Source of the DNA: an uncultured Actinomycetes bacterium
Lineage (GTDB): Bacteria; Actinomycetota; UBA4738; HRBIN12
Reading direction: 5' to 3'
Assembly: GCA_963704725.1 (NCBI GenBank)
Contig: OY969934.1
Location: 1,664,001-1,728,000 of the forward strand
Length of the DNA: 64,000 bases
The notes under the pieces were generated by a model, which was not told the origin of the DNA, made no database searches, and saw only the letters and a list, made by a program, of their open reading frames with translations. Shown here piece by piece: positions 1-8,309 of the stretch; within the stretch, counting starts at the first letter, position 1, and each line of letters opens with the position of its first letter. The translations under genes were made by a program, and so were the position numbers.

Positions 1-201
1 AACTCCATCCTGGCCGACGCCTCCGCGGTGCTCACCAACGCCCTGTCCACCGGGACCGGACGCTTCGACGCCTCGGACATGATGCCGGCCGAGGTGGGCG
101 TGGGCAGCTTCTGGACCGGGATGGTCAAGTACCTGCAGGACGGTCCGGACTCCCTGCAGGGCGTGCTCGACGACATCGAGGCGAGCTGGCCCGCATCGTA
201 G
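1..201 (+). CDS. 3' end of a sugar ABC transporter substrate-binding protein (AglE-like), partial
   Basis: Frame 1 reads ...GRFDASDMMPAEVGVGSFWTGMVKYLQDGPDSLQGVLDDIEASWPAS*; RFDxSD-MP-VG-FW...IE-SWP is a typical C-terminus of alpha-glucoside SBPs; not in the ORF track because the start lies outside the window. Confidence 0.75.
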   Translation, partial: NSILADASAVLTNALSTGTGRFDASDMMPAEVGVGSFWTGMVKYLQDGPDSLQGVLDDIEASWPAS

Positions 202-225
202 AGGGACCACGAAGCACCTGATGCA

Positions 226-260
226 CGAGGGGAGCGGCCGCCCGGCGGCCGCTCCCCTCG
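226..260. terminator. Perfect 16-bp GC hairpin between convergent genes, probable terminator
   Basis: CGAGGGGAGCGGCCGC-ccg-GCGGCCGCTCCCCTCG followed by GTTT. Confidence 0.75.
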
Positions 261-273
261 GTTTGCGCGAAGG

Positions 274-741
274 TCAGCCCAGGAATCCGAGCACGGTCCT
301 GACGGCCATCGTGCCGAGGGCGAGGACCAGGCCGCTGATGGCGAGGGCTCCCATGACCAGCCACGCGGCGAGCTTCAGCACGGCGACGGCGACCGGTGGC
401 CGATCGTCGTCGAGGGTGACCCGCAGCGGTACCGCCTCGCCGTCACCCGGCACCGAGCTCAACGCACGGGCCGTGAGACCGAGCCCCTCGCGCGCGGCCC
501 GCAAACGGGGCGCGGCGTGGCGGGGGTCCGATCGCTCGGGGCGGATGAGGAGCCGGCGGAGGAGGTCGCGCAGTAGGGACACCGGCCGGACGTCGAGGGT
601 GTAGGGCACGATGGCGCCGCCCAGAGAGAAGGCCGCGAGGCGCGGCGACGGCGGCCTGCGGACCAGGGATCGCAGCTGCGCCTCGGCTCGCACGAACCCC
701 GCGCCCACGGTCAGAGCGAGCACCCCCAGGGAGTCCCACAT
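274..741 (-). CDS. Hypothetical membrane protein
   Basis: 155-aa ORF with hydrophobic N- and C-terminal segments; GGAG 4 nt before ATG. Confidence 0.55.
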   Translation of the reverse strand: MWDSLGVLALTVGAGFVRAEAQLRSLVRRPPSPRLAAFSLGGAIVPYTLDVRPVSLLRDLLRRLLIRPERSDPRHAAPRLRAAREGLGLTARALSSVPGDGEAVPLRVTLDDDRPPVAVAVLKLAAWLVMGALAISGLVLALGTMAVRTVLGFLG

Positions 742-780
742 GTGGCTCCGTCGGTACCCGGGGGGTGTGGCGGGGAAACG

Positions 781-1551
781 TCAGAGGAGCTGAACGGGAT
801 CGCCGACGTGGAGCGTACCGGGCCGGGTGACGTTGGCGTACCTGCCGAAGTGCACGTTCCCTTTGCCCGAGACGCCGCGATAGCCCTTGATGACGTGGAG
901 CGTGGGGAAGTCCTTCAGGCCCGTGTCGGGGTCGAGCGTGGTCACCACGCACCGTGGCACGGCGTCCCCCACCACCAGCTCGGCCTGACCGATCCGGATC
1001 CGCCGCGACACCCAGCGATCCTCCTCGTGCGGCTCGCTCACGCCCTCGATCTCGATCGTCATGCGAAATCGGGCGGGGGAGAGCTCCCCGTCGTGGCCGC
1101 CGCGGCGCGCGAGCTCGGCCACCGATTCGAGGGAGACCAGCGTCACGGGCTGTTCGTCGAGCGCGGCGCCCTCGTGGTCGGGGCGCGCCAGCAGGACCTC
1201 CCGTCCGGCGTAAGTGGAGAGCGCCTCGGTGAAGTCGCCCTCGACCAGGTGGGCGGGGACGGACCGGCCGTAGAAATCCACGTCGAGCGCCCGTCCGCCC
1301 GCCACGGCGGTGCCGGAGGCCACGATACCGTTCGGCAGACGAAGCTCGAGCCACTCCCGCTCGGCGTCGTAGGACGCGCGCACCGGCAGGACGGGGGCCT
1401 TCGTCGCGCCCGAGAACCGCCGGCCGTCGCCGTCGACGAAGAAGAAGGCGCGATCGCCGACGACCCCGCGGTGCTCGAGCCGGATCTCGGACGGGTGGTG
1501 CAGAGACGTCGACTTCACCGGCGTGACGTTGAACCTCGCGACCGTGGGCAC
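781..1551 (-). CDS. MOSC domain protein (mARC/YcbX-like)
   Basis: N-terminal PVKS...GDRAF, RFRMTIEIEG...EEDRW, RCVVTTLDPDTG with conserved Cys, FGRYA...PGTLHVGD. Confidence 0.9.
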   Translation of the reverse strand: MPTVARFNVTPVKSTSLHHPSEIRLEHRGVVGDRAFFFVDGDGRRFSGATKAPVLPVRASYDAEREWLELRLPNGIVASGTAVAGGRALDVDFYGRSVPAHLVEGDFTEALSTYAGREVLLARPDHEGAALDEQPVTLVSLESVAELARRGGHDGELSPARFRMTIEIEGVSEPHEEDRWVSRRIRIGQAELVVGDAVPRCVVTTLDPDTGLKDFPTLHVIKGYRGVSGKGNVHFGRYANVTRPGTLHVGDPVQLL

Positions 1552-1579
1552 GGCCCCACGCTATCAGCGCGGCCATTGA

Positions 1580-1804
1580 CGACGAGCGTACGGCGAGGCC
1601 AGGGAGGCGCTCCTGCAGGCGTGTGCCGCGCTGGTCAGGGCGGCGGATCGCGCCCGCCGGGCACGGGAGCTCCTGTGGGCGGAGGCCCGAGGGCTGCACG
1701 CCCGAGGCGGCGACCCCGGGCCGATGCCGTTCCTCCTTGCGCAGACCGAGGAGGGCAGGAGCCTGCTCGCCGAGGCCAAGGCCCGGCTCCGCGGGCTGCT
1801 GTAG
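1580..1804 (+). other. Startless ~74-codon open frame with coding-like codon bias (possible small gene with a frameshifted or lost start)
   Basis: RRAYGEAREALLQACAALVRAADRARRARELLWAEARGLHARGGDPGPMPFLLAQTEEGRSLLAEAKARLRGLL*; nearly all third positions G/C; in-frame TGA at 1577. Confidence 0.4.
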
Positions 1805-1847
1805 CGTTCGGCGGACCGCTCGAAGGCCCGTGGTAGCGTCAGGGGCG

Positions 1848-2318
1848 ATGGTCCTTGCGCTGCACCCCGACCTCGCGGAGCTCTCCTTCCTCATCGGAAC
1901 ATGGCGTGGCGTCGGCGAGGGCGAGTGGCCTCCGGGCGATCTCTTCTCGTATGCGGAGGAAGTGACGTTCGAGCACGCCGGCGATCCCTTCCTCATCTAC
2001 GGGCAGCGGAGCTGGTCGCCGGGCGACGGGGGACCGATCCACTTCGAGCGGGGGTTCCTCCGCCCCGCCGGGCCCGGCCGCGCCGAGCTCGTGCTGGCCC
2101 ACCCCCTCGGCATCGTCGAGGTCGCCGAGGGGACCGTCCAGGGCGGCGTCGTCGAGGTGGCCACGACCTCGGTGGCCCTCACCGCCACGGCCCCGGACGT
2201 CACCGGGCTCTCGCGCAGGATCGAGGCCGGAGACGGCGAGCTTCGCTACGAGCTCCACATGGCGACACGCGACGTCGCGTCGTTCTCGCACATCCGGTCG
2301 CGCCTCGCGAGGGTGTGA
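1848..2318 (+). CDS. Nitrobindin (FABP-like, DUF1794) heme beta-barrel protein
   Basis: LHPDLAELSFLIGTWRGVGEG, YAEEVTFEH-GDPFLIY, HFERGFLR, C-terminal His in SHIRSRL; start taken at ATG 1848 behind TAGCGT. Confidence 0.9.
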   Translation: MVLALHPDLAELSFLIGTWRGVGEGEWPPGDLFSYAEEVTFEHAGDPFLIYGQRSWSPGDGGPIHFERGFLRPAGPGRAELVLAHPLGIVEVAEGTVQGGVVEVATTSVALTATAPDVTGLSRRIEAGDGELRYELHMATRDVASFSHIRSRLARV

Positions 2319-2322
2319 CGCC

Positions 2323-4647
2323 GTGACCCGGCCCCGCTGGCTCACGCTCAGCTCGGTCTTCCTCGTCGCCTCGATCGCCGGCATCGTGACCGGCGGGATC
2401 CTGCGGTGGGTGGGGGACGCTCACGACGCGGCGGACGCGGCCTGGGGGGTCACCACGGCGGTCGGGATCCTCCCGATCGGCTGGGAGGTGCTCCGAGGCA
2501 TCATCCGGCGCGAGCCGGGGGTGGATCTGATCGCCGTCCTCGCGATGATCGGCGCGCTCGTGTTCGGAGAGTACCTGGCGGGGGCGGTCATCGCGTTCAT
2601 GCTCTCGACGGGCCGTTCGCTGGAGGACTTCGCCGACGCCCGCGCCCACAAGGAGCTCTCGGCCCTCCTCGCCCGGGCGCCCCGGACGGCGCACCGGTAC
2701 GCGGGGGAGGAGCTCGAGTCGGTGCCGATCGAGCGGGTCGTCCCGGGGGACATGCTGCTCGTCAAGCGGGGCGAAGTGGTCCCCGTGGACGGGATCCTCG
2801 AGACCGACAGCGCGGTGTTCGACGAGTCGGCCCTCACCGGCGAGTCGCGGCCGGTGGAACGCCCCCGCGGCGAGCAGATCCGAAGCGGCGCCGTCAACGC
2901 GGGAGCCGGGTTCGACCTGCGCGCGGTCGCCACGGCGGCGGACAGCACGTACGCGGGCATCGTCCGCTTGGTGGAGGAGGCCCAGCGGGAGAAGGCGCCG
3001 TTCGTCCGCATCGCCGATCGCTACGCGCTGGTCTTCATCCCCGTGACGCTCGTGATCGCCGGCGCCGCCTGGGCGCTCTCGGGGGAGTCGGTACGCGCCC
3101 TGGCCGTGCTGGTCGTCGCCACGCCGTGCCCGCTGATCCTGGCCGCCCCGATCGCGATCGTCGCCGGGATCTCCCGCGCCGCCAAGCGAGGGATCATCGT
3201 GAAGGGCGGGGGGGCGCTCGAGACGCTCGCCCGAGGACGGGTCCTGCTCCTCGACAAGACGGGAACGCTCACGGCGGGGGCCCCCGAGCTCAGCGACATC
3301 GAGGTCTACGGCGACCACGATCCGGGGGAGGTCCTGCGGCTCGCCGCCTCGCTCGATCAGGTCTCGCCGCACGTCCTGGCCGGGGCGATCGTCGGCGCGG
3401 CGCGCGCCCGCGACCTCGCGCTGTCGTTCCCGGAGGAGGCGTTCGAGGAGGGCGGATCCGGGATCCACGGCTCGGTCGAGGGGCGCAAGGTGGCGATCGG
3501 CAAGGCCTCGTGGGTGTCGCGGGGCCAGCCCCTGCCCGAGCGGGCCCGCGACATCCGCCGGCGCACGGCGATGGAGGGTTCCTCGTGTGTGTTCGTCTCG
3601 ATCGACGGCTCGATCGCCGGGGCGCTGATCCTGGACGATCCGATGCGCCCGGACACGCCGAGGGTGATCCGTGCGCTCCGCCGAGCCGGCATCAAGCGCG
3701 TCGTGATGGTCACGGGCGACAACCCGGACGTCGCCGAGTCCGTCGGCATCGCGATCGGCGTCGACCGGATCCTGTCCGAGCGGGATCCGACCGACAAGGT
3801 CGACGCGGTCCGGGCGGAGGGGGAGAGCGGCGTGACGATCATGGTCGGGGACGGCGTGAACGACGCTCCGGCCCTGGCGGCGGCCGACGTCGGCGTAGCG
3901 ATGGGCGCTCGCGGGGCCACCGCCTCGAGCGAGGCGGCGGACGTCGTGCTCGTCGTCGACCGGCTCGACCGCGTGGTGGAGGCGCTGCGCATCTCGCGGC
4001 GCTCGCGAGGCATCGCCCTGCAGAGCGTGCTCATCGGCATGGGGCTGTCGATCGCCGGGATGCTCCTCGGCGCGGCCGGCCTGCTCAAGCCGGTCAACGG
4101 AGCGCTCGCGCAGGAGGCGATCGACGTCGCGGTGATCCTCAACGCCCTGCGGGCGCTCCGCGGGGACCGGCGGAGCAGACAGGCGGCGGGACCCGGCTCG
4201 CACGTCGGCGATCGCTTCCGTGCCGAGCACCGGGAGTTCGCCCCCGACCTCGCGCGCGTGCGCACCGTCGCCGACCGCCTCGGCGCGCTGTCGCCCGCCG
4301 AGGCCAAGGTGGAGCTCGAGGAGATCCGGTGGTTCCTGCTCGAACGCCTCCCGCAACACGAGAAGGAGGAGGAGGCGGCCGTGTACCCGGTCATCGCCGA
4401 GCTCATCGGCGGCGAGGACCCGATGGGGTCCATGGAGCGGGCGCACATGGAGATCGAGCATCTGGCCCGCGTGTACGGCCACCTGCTGGCCAACCTGCCC
4501 GACGAGGGTCCGGGGCACGAGGACCTCGTCGACCTCCGCCGCGTCCTGTATGGATTGCACGCGATCCTCCGCCTGCATTTCTCGCAGGAGGAGGAGGCCT
4601 ACTCGTGGCTCGCGAGCGACGAGGTGCTGGAGGACGCGGCGGTCTGA
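2323..4647 (+). CDS. P1B-5 heavy-metal P-type ATPase with C-terminal hemerythrin domain
   Basis: TGES, TPCP, DKTGT, GDGVND, QEAID; C-terminal H...HEKEEE...H...HFSQEE hemerythrin ligand pattern. Confidence 0.9.
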   Translation: MTRPRWLTLSSVFLVASIAGIVTGGILRWVGDAHDAADAAWGVTTAVGILPIGWEVLRGIIRREPGVDLIAVLAMIGALVFGEYLAGAVIAFMLSTGRSLEDFADARAHKELSALLARAPRTAHRYAGEELESVPIERVVPGDMLLVKRGEVVPVDGILETDSAVFDESALTGESRPVERPRGEQIRSGAVNAGAGFDLRAVATAADSTYAGIVRLVEEAQREKAPFVRIADRYALVFIPVTLVIAGAAWALSGESVRALAVLVVATPCPLILAAPIAIVAGISRAAKRGIIVKGGGALETLARGRVLLLDKTGTLTAGAPELSDIEVYGDHDPGEVLRLAASLDQVSPHVLAGAIVGAARARDLALSFPEEAFEEGGSGIHGSVEGRKVAIGKASWVSRGQPLPERARDIRRRTAMEGSSCVFVSIDGSIAGALILDDPMRPDTPRVIRALRRAGIKRVVMVTGDNPDVAESVGIAIGVDRILSERDPTDKVDAVRAEGESGVTIMVGDGVNDAPALAAADVGVAMGARGATASSEAADVVLVVDRLDRVVEALRISRRSRGIALQSVLIGMGLSIAGMLLGAAGLLKPVNGALAQEAIDVAVILNALRALRGDRRSRQAAGPGSHVGDRFRAEHREFAPDLARVRTVADRLGALSPAEAKVELEEIRWFLLERLPQHEKEEEAAVYPVIAELIGGEDPMGSMERAHMEIEHLARVYGHLLANLPDEGPGHEDLVDLRRVLYGLHAILRLHFSQEEEAYSWLASDEVLEDAAV

Positions 4648-4725
4648 GCGCCGAGGTGCGCATGCGGCGGGGGGCCGGTTGCCGCGCCCCGCCGTTCCGC
4701 TCGAACCGGAGGTCCCGGCGGCGAG

Positions 4726-5871
4726 CTACGTGGGCTCGCCGGACCGGGAGCTCCAGGGAAGCCATACGCCGAACGAGGTGCCCTGGGAACCTCGGTCTTC
4801 GACGTCGGCGCTGCCCCCGTGGAGCTCGGCGAATCGCGCGGCGATGGCCAGACCGATCCCGGACGTAGCGGTGCGCCCGAGCCCTTCTTGGCCGAACGGC
4901 CCGAACACGCCATGTTGGCGGTCCGAGGGGACCCGGGGGCCGTCGTCCTCGACCTCGATCCGCGCCCCGTCCCGATGCGTCCGTACGCGGACCCTGATGG
5001 TCGCGGAGGACGGCGATCGGCGTGCGGCGTTCTCCAGCAGATTCTCGACGATCCGCTCGACCTGTGCGACGTCGGCCTCGACATCGACGTGTTCGGCCTC
5101 GACCACGACCTCGTACTTCGCGAGCGAATCGGCGTCTCGGACGATCCTCGCCACGACGGAGCCGAGGTCGACCAGGACGCGGGTCGGCTCGACCCCGCCC
5201 CGGGACAGGCGGTCGAGGTCGAGGAGGTCCGTGACCATGCGGTCCAGCCGGCGGGCGTTGTCGGCGATCCGCCCGGCGAGGTCGCTCGCGTCGGTCGGAG
5301 CGAGGGCGTGATGCTCCAACGTCACCGCGAGGCCGAGGATCGCGGCGAGGGGTGTCCTCAGGTCGTGCGAGACGGCGGCGAGCAGACCCCCGGCGCCGGT
5401 CTCGGAGGGCGTCCGCGCGCCGGCGGCGGTGACGTCGCCCCCTGCACCGGCCGGCCGTTCCGCGTCCGGGTCGCGCCGGGAGATGTCGACGAGCACGCCG
5501 CGGACGGCGACCGGCGAGCCCCGATCGTCGACGACGGCGTGGCCGATGCCCCGGAGACGGACCACCTCACCGTCGCCACGCCGGAACCGGTACTCGAGGT
5601 CGTGCGTGCCGGGCCCGCTCGTCTCGGCCAGGAGCGACGTCAGCACCGCGTCGCGATCGTCCGGATGGACGCGGTCCGCCCACAGGTCGGGGTCGTCCAG
5701 GAACGCCTGCGGCGGGTAGCCGAGGAGACGGCTGGACGCGTCGCTCACGAACACGAAGCGTCCGGTGGTCGCGTCGACCTCCCAGATCACGGCGTCGACG
5801 TCGTTCACGAGCGCCCGGAGCCGGCGGAGGTCGCTCCCGGGACCCACCGTCGTTGCCGTGTGGCGCGTCAC
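4726..5871 (-). CDS. Cytoplasmic PAS-domain sensor histidine kinase (orphan)
   Basis: PAS (VHPDDR), H-box SHDLRTPL, N-box ENLLENA, DDGP and GIGL G-boxes. Confidence 0.88.
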   Translation of the reverse strand: MTRHTATTVGPGSDLRRLRALVNDVDAVIWEVDATTGRFVFVSDASSRLLGYPPQAFLDDPDLWADRVHPDDRDAVLTSLLAETSGPGTHDLEYRFRRGDGEVVRLRGIGHAVVDDRGSPVAVRGVLVDISRRDPDAERPAGAGGDVTAAGARTPSETGAGGLLAAVSHDLRTPLAAILGLAVTLEHHALAPTDASDLAGRIADNARRLDRMVTDLLDLDRLSRGGVEPTRVLVDLGSVVARIVRDADSLAKYEVVVEAEHVDVEADVAQVERIVENLLENAARRSPSSATIRVRVRTHRDGARIEVEDDGPRVPSDRQHGVFGPFGQEGLGRTATSGIGLAIAARFAELHGGSADVEDRGSQGTSFGVWLPWSSRSGEPT

Positions 5872-5880
5872 GAGCGCATG

Positions 5881-7455
5881 CTAGCGGGCTGCGGCGGCGC
5901 CGTCGGCGCGCGGGTCGGTGCCGGCTTCGAGCGTTCCGTCGTCGTGGACCAGGAGCAGGTGCGCGTGGCCCACCGCCCCGTCGACGTCTCCCACGGTCTC
6001 GATGGTGTAGCCCGTAGTCTCCAGCACCGCGCGCGTGGCGGCGGGGACCGCCCCCTCGGCCACGAGCGCACGGTCTCGAGATCCCAAGGCCATCCCCCCG
6101 ACGAGCCACCTGGGCGCGGCGACCGCCGACGCCGCGTCCATGCCGAGACGAAGGGCGCGGATGAGCGTCATGGCGTCGATCTGCGGTTGTCCGCCACCGC
6201 CCATCGTCCCCGCCAACGCGACGAGCCGACCCTCGCGCCCCACGACCACCGGCAGCAGCGTGTGGGAGGGGCGCTTGCCGCCGGCGAGTGTGTTCGGATG
6301 GTCGGGGTCGAGCACGAAGGCGCTCCCGCGGCTGTGGAGCACGATCCCCGTCGACGGCTCCAGGATGCCCGAGCCGAACCCGTCGTACAGGCTCTGGACC
6401 AGGGCGACGCCGAGCCCCGAGGCGTCCGCGGCCACCAGGGCGATCGTGTCGCCGGCTCGCCGTGGGTCCGGGCCGGTGCCCTCGAGGATCTGGTCCAGGA
6501 GCTCGGACAGGTGGGCCTCGTCCAGCAGCATGCCGGCGGGGACGCGGGCATGACGGGGGTCGGCGTTGTACCGGTCCCGGTCCGCCGAGGTCACGCGGAA
6601 GATCTCGGCGAGCACTCCGGCGTCGGGTCCGAGCGGGTCCTGGTCGATGCCGAGCCGCTCGATCAGGGCGAGCGCCTGGAGCAGAACGAAACCCTGTGAG
6701 TTCGGTGGCGGCACGCTGACGTCGAGGTCTCCGTAGCGGCGGGTGAGCGGGGCGTCCAGATCGGGCTCGAACGCGGACAGATCCTCGAGCGCCATCGACG
6801 ATCCCAGCGATCGGAGGTGATCCGCGACCGCGATGCCGATCACGCCCCTGTACATCCGCGAGGGTCCGGCGGCCGCGATGGTCTCCAGCGTGTGCGCGAG
6901 CGCCGGCTGCACGAGCGGATCGCCCTCGCGGAGCGGCCCGTTCGATCCGCCGAACACGCCGGCCATCCCGGGATCGGCGAGCAGGCGCGCAGTGTCCGCG
7001 GCGAGCGAACCCGCGAGACCCCGCGACACGGGGACGCCGACACGGGCGAGCGCGACGGCTCGCTCGAACGCCGGAGCGAACCCTCGCTCCGACCAGCGGA
7101 GTGCGAGCTGCCACCAGCCCGCTACCGCCCCCGGCACGGTGACGGTGAGCGGCCCGTGCTCGGGCATCTCGGCGTGCTCGCGCCGGACGGCCTCGACATC
7201 GACGAGCGCCGGCGTGGCGCCGCTCGCGTTGAGGACGACGATGCGTCCCTGCGGCTCGCGGACCAACGCGAAGAGATCCCCGCCGACCCCGCACATGTCG
7301 GGGGCGACGACGGCCAGCGTCGTGGCCGCGGCGAGCGCGGCGTCCACCGCGTTGCCGCCCGCCTCGAAGGCGTCCACTCCGGCGGCGGTCGCCTCGGTGT
7401 GCGGGGTCGCGATCGCGAACCGGCGCCCCCGAGCCCCGAGCTCGCGGTCGCTCAC
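5881..7455 (-). CDS. ggt: Gamma-glutamyltransferase family protein
   Basis: GGNAVDAALA, GVGGDLF, VPPPNSQG, GDT autocleavage site, KRPSHTL, GTMGGGGQPQ, DPRADG; GTG start overlaps nei stop (GTGA). Confidence 0.9.
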   Translation of the reverse strand: MSDRELGARGRRFAIATPHTEATAAGVDAFEAGGNAVDAALAAATTLAVVAPDMCGVGGDLFALVREPQGRIVVLNASGATPALVDVEAVRREHAEMPEHGPLTVTVPGAVAGWWQLALRWSERGFAPAFERAVALARVGVPVSRGLAGSLAADTARLLADPGMAGVFGGSNGPLREGDPLVQPALAHTLETIAAAGPSRMYRGVIGIAVADHLRSLGSSMALEDLSAFEPDLDAPLTRRYGDLDVSVPPPNSQGFVLLQALALIERLGIDQDPLGPDAGVLAEIFRVTSADRDRYNADPRHARVPAGMLLDEAHLSELLDQILEGTGPDPRRAGDTIALVAADASGLGVALVQSLYDGFGSGILEPSTGIVLHSRGSAFVLDPDHPNTLAGGKRPSHTLLPVVVGREGRLVALAGTMGGGGQPQIDAMTLIRALRLGMDAASAVAAPRWLVGGMALGSRDRALVAEGAVPAATRAVLETTGYTIETVGDVDGAVGHAHLLLVHDDGTLEAGTDPRADGAAAAR

Positions 7456-8267
7456 CTGCCGGTCTCCGAGGTGTTTGCGGCGGGCCGGTGGGCGGGGTGG
7501 TGCTGGCAGGTGGGGCACCAGTAGGTCGTCCGGGCGGCCTCGCCCTGCCGGCGAGAGGCGATCGTCGACCCGCAGCGAGGACAGGGTCGTCCGGCCTTGC
7601 CGTACACGCCGAGCCCGCCGGGAGACGTCGTCCGCGGGCCGCCGCCGAGGTTCCGGCGCAGGAGGTGGGACGCGGTGGCGTACAGGGATCGCAGGGTGTC
7701 GGCGTCGAGCTCTCCGAGGGGCGTGAACGGGTCGACCCGCTGGTCGAAGAGCGCCTCGCTCTTGTACACGTTGCCGATCCCGCTCGCGACGCGCTGGTTC
7801 AGGAGGGCGACGCCGATCTCCGCGTCGGCCGGTAGGCGCGCAAGGCGCCCGAGGACGTCGTCGAGATCCACGTCCGGCGAGCACAGGTCGGGGCCGAGAG
7901 CCGACAGCATCGGGTGCCGCACGAGTTCGGGCTCGCGAAGGAGCTCCACCACCGGAGCGTTGAAGCACACGGCGATCGTCCCCGGCACCTCGATCAGCGC
8001 GCGAACCTGGTGCGCGGGTCGGCGCCATCGCCCGCCGGCCGGGTACACGTGCCACGACCCCGACATCTGCATGTGGGTATGGAGAACGCGCCCGTCGTCG
8101 AACGAGATCAGCAGATGCTTGCCGCGGGCCTCGACGGCCCGGACGGCGGCGCCTGGGGGTAGCGCCTCGAACCGCAGGCGCGGGGCCTCGAACCGCCGAA
8201 CCGGCTTCCCCGCGAGGACACCTCGCAGCACGACGGCAGTTCGGAAGATGGTGTCACCCTCGGGCAC
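7452..8267 (-). CDS. nei: Fpg/Nei family DNA glycosylase/AP lyase (Nei2-like)
   Basis: N-terminal PEG, RGKHLL, H2TH GIGNVYKSE, zinc finger CPRC...CPTCQ. Confidence 0.95.
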   Translation of the reverse strand: MPEGDTIFRTAVVLRGVLAGKPVRRFEAPRLRFEALPPGAAVRAVEARGKHLLISFDDGRVLHTHMQMSGSWHVYPAGGRWRRPAHQVRALIEVPGTIAVCFNAPVVELLREPELVRHPMLSALGPDLCSPDVDLDDVLGRLARLPADAEIGVALLNQRVASGIGNVYKSEALFDQRVDPFTPLGELDADTLRSLYATASHLLRRNLGGGPRTTSPGGLGVYGKAGRPCPRCGSTIASRRQGEAARTTYWCPTCQHHPAHRPAANTSETGR

Positions 8268-8309
8268 CGGGTCAGGATAGAGCGACCCTTCGGTTCGGGA
8301 CGGCGCCCG

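Noticed and set aside
1544-1582. In-frame GTG...TGA read-through (selenocysteine) for the hidden ORF
   Set aside because: No redox motif context or recognisable SECIS, and the GTG overlaps the divergent MOSC start.
4645-4656. TGAGCGCCGAGG follows the stop of both the P1B-5 ATPase (4645) and the CPD ATPase (47874)
   Set aside because: A 12-bp GC-rich match with no further similarity or structure; plausible by chance.
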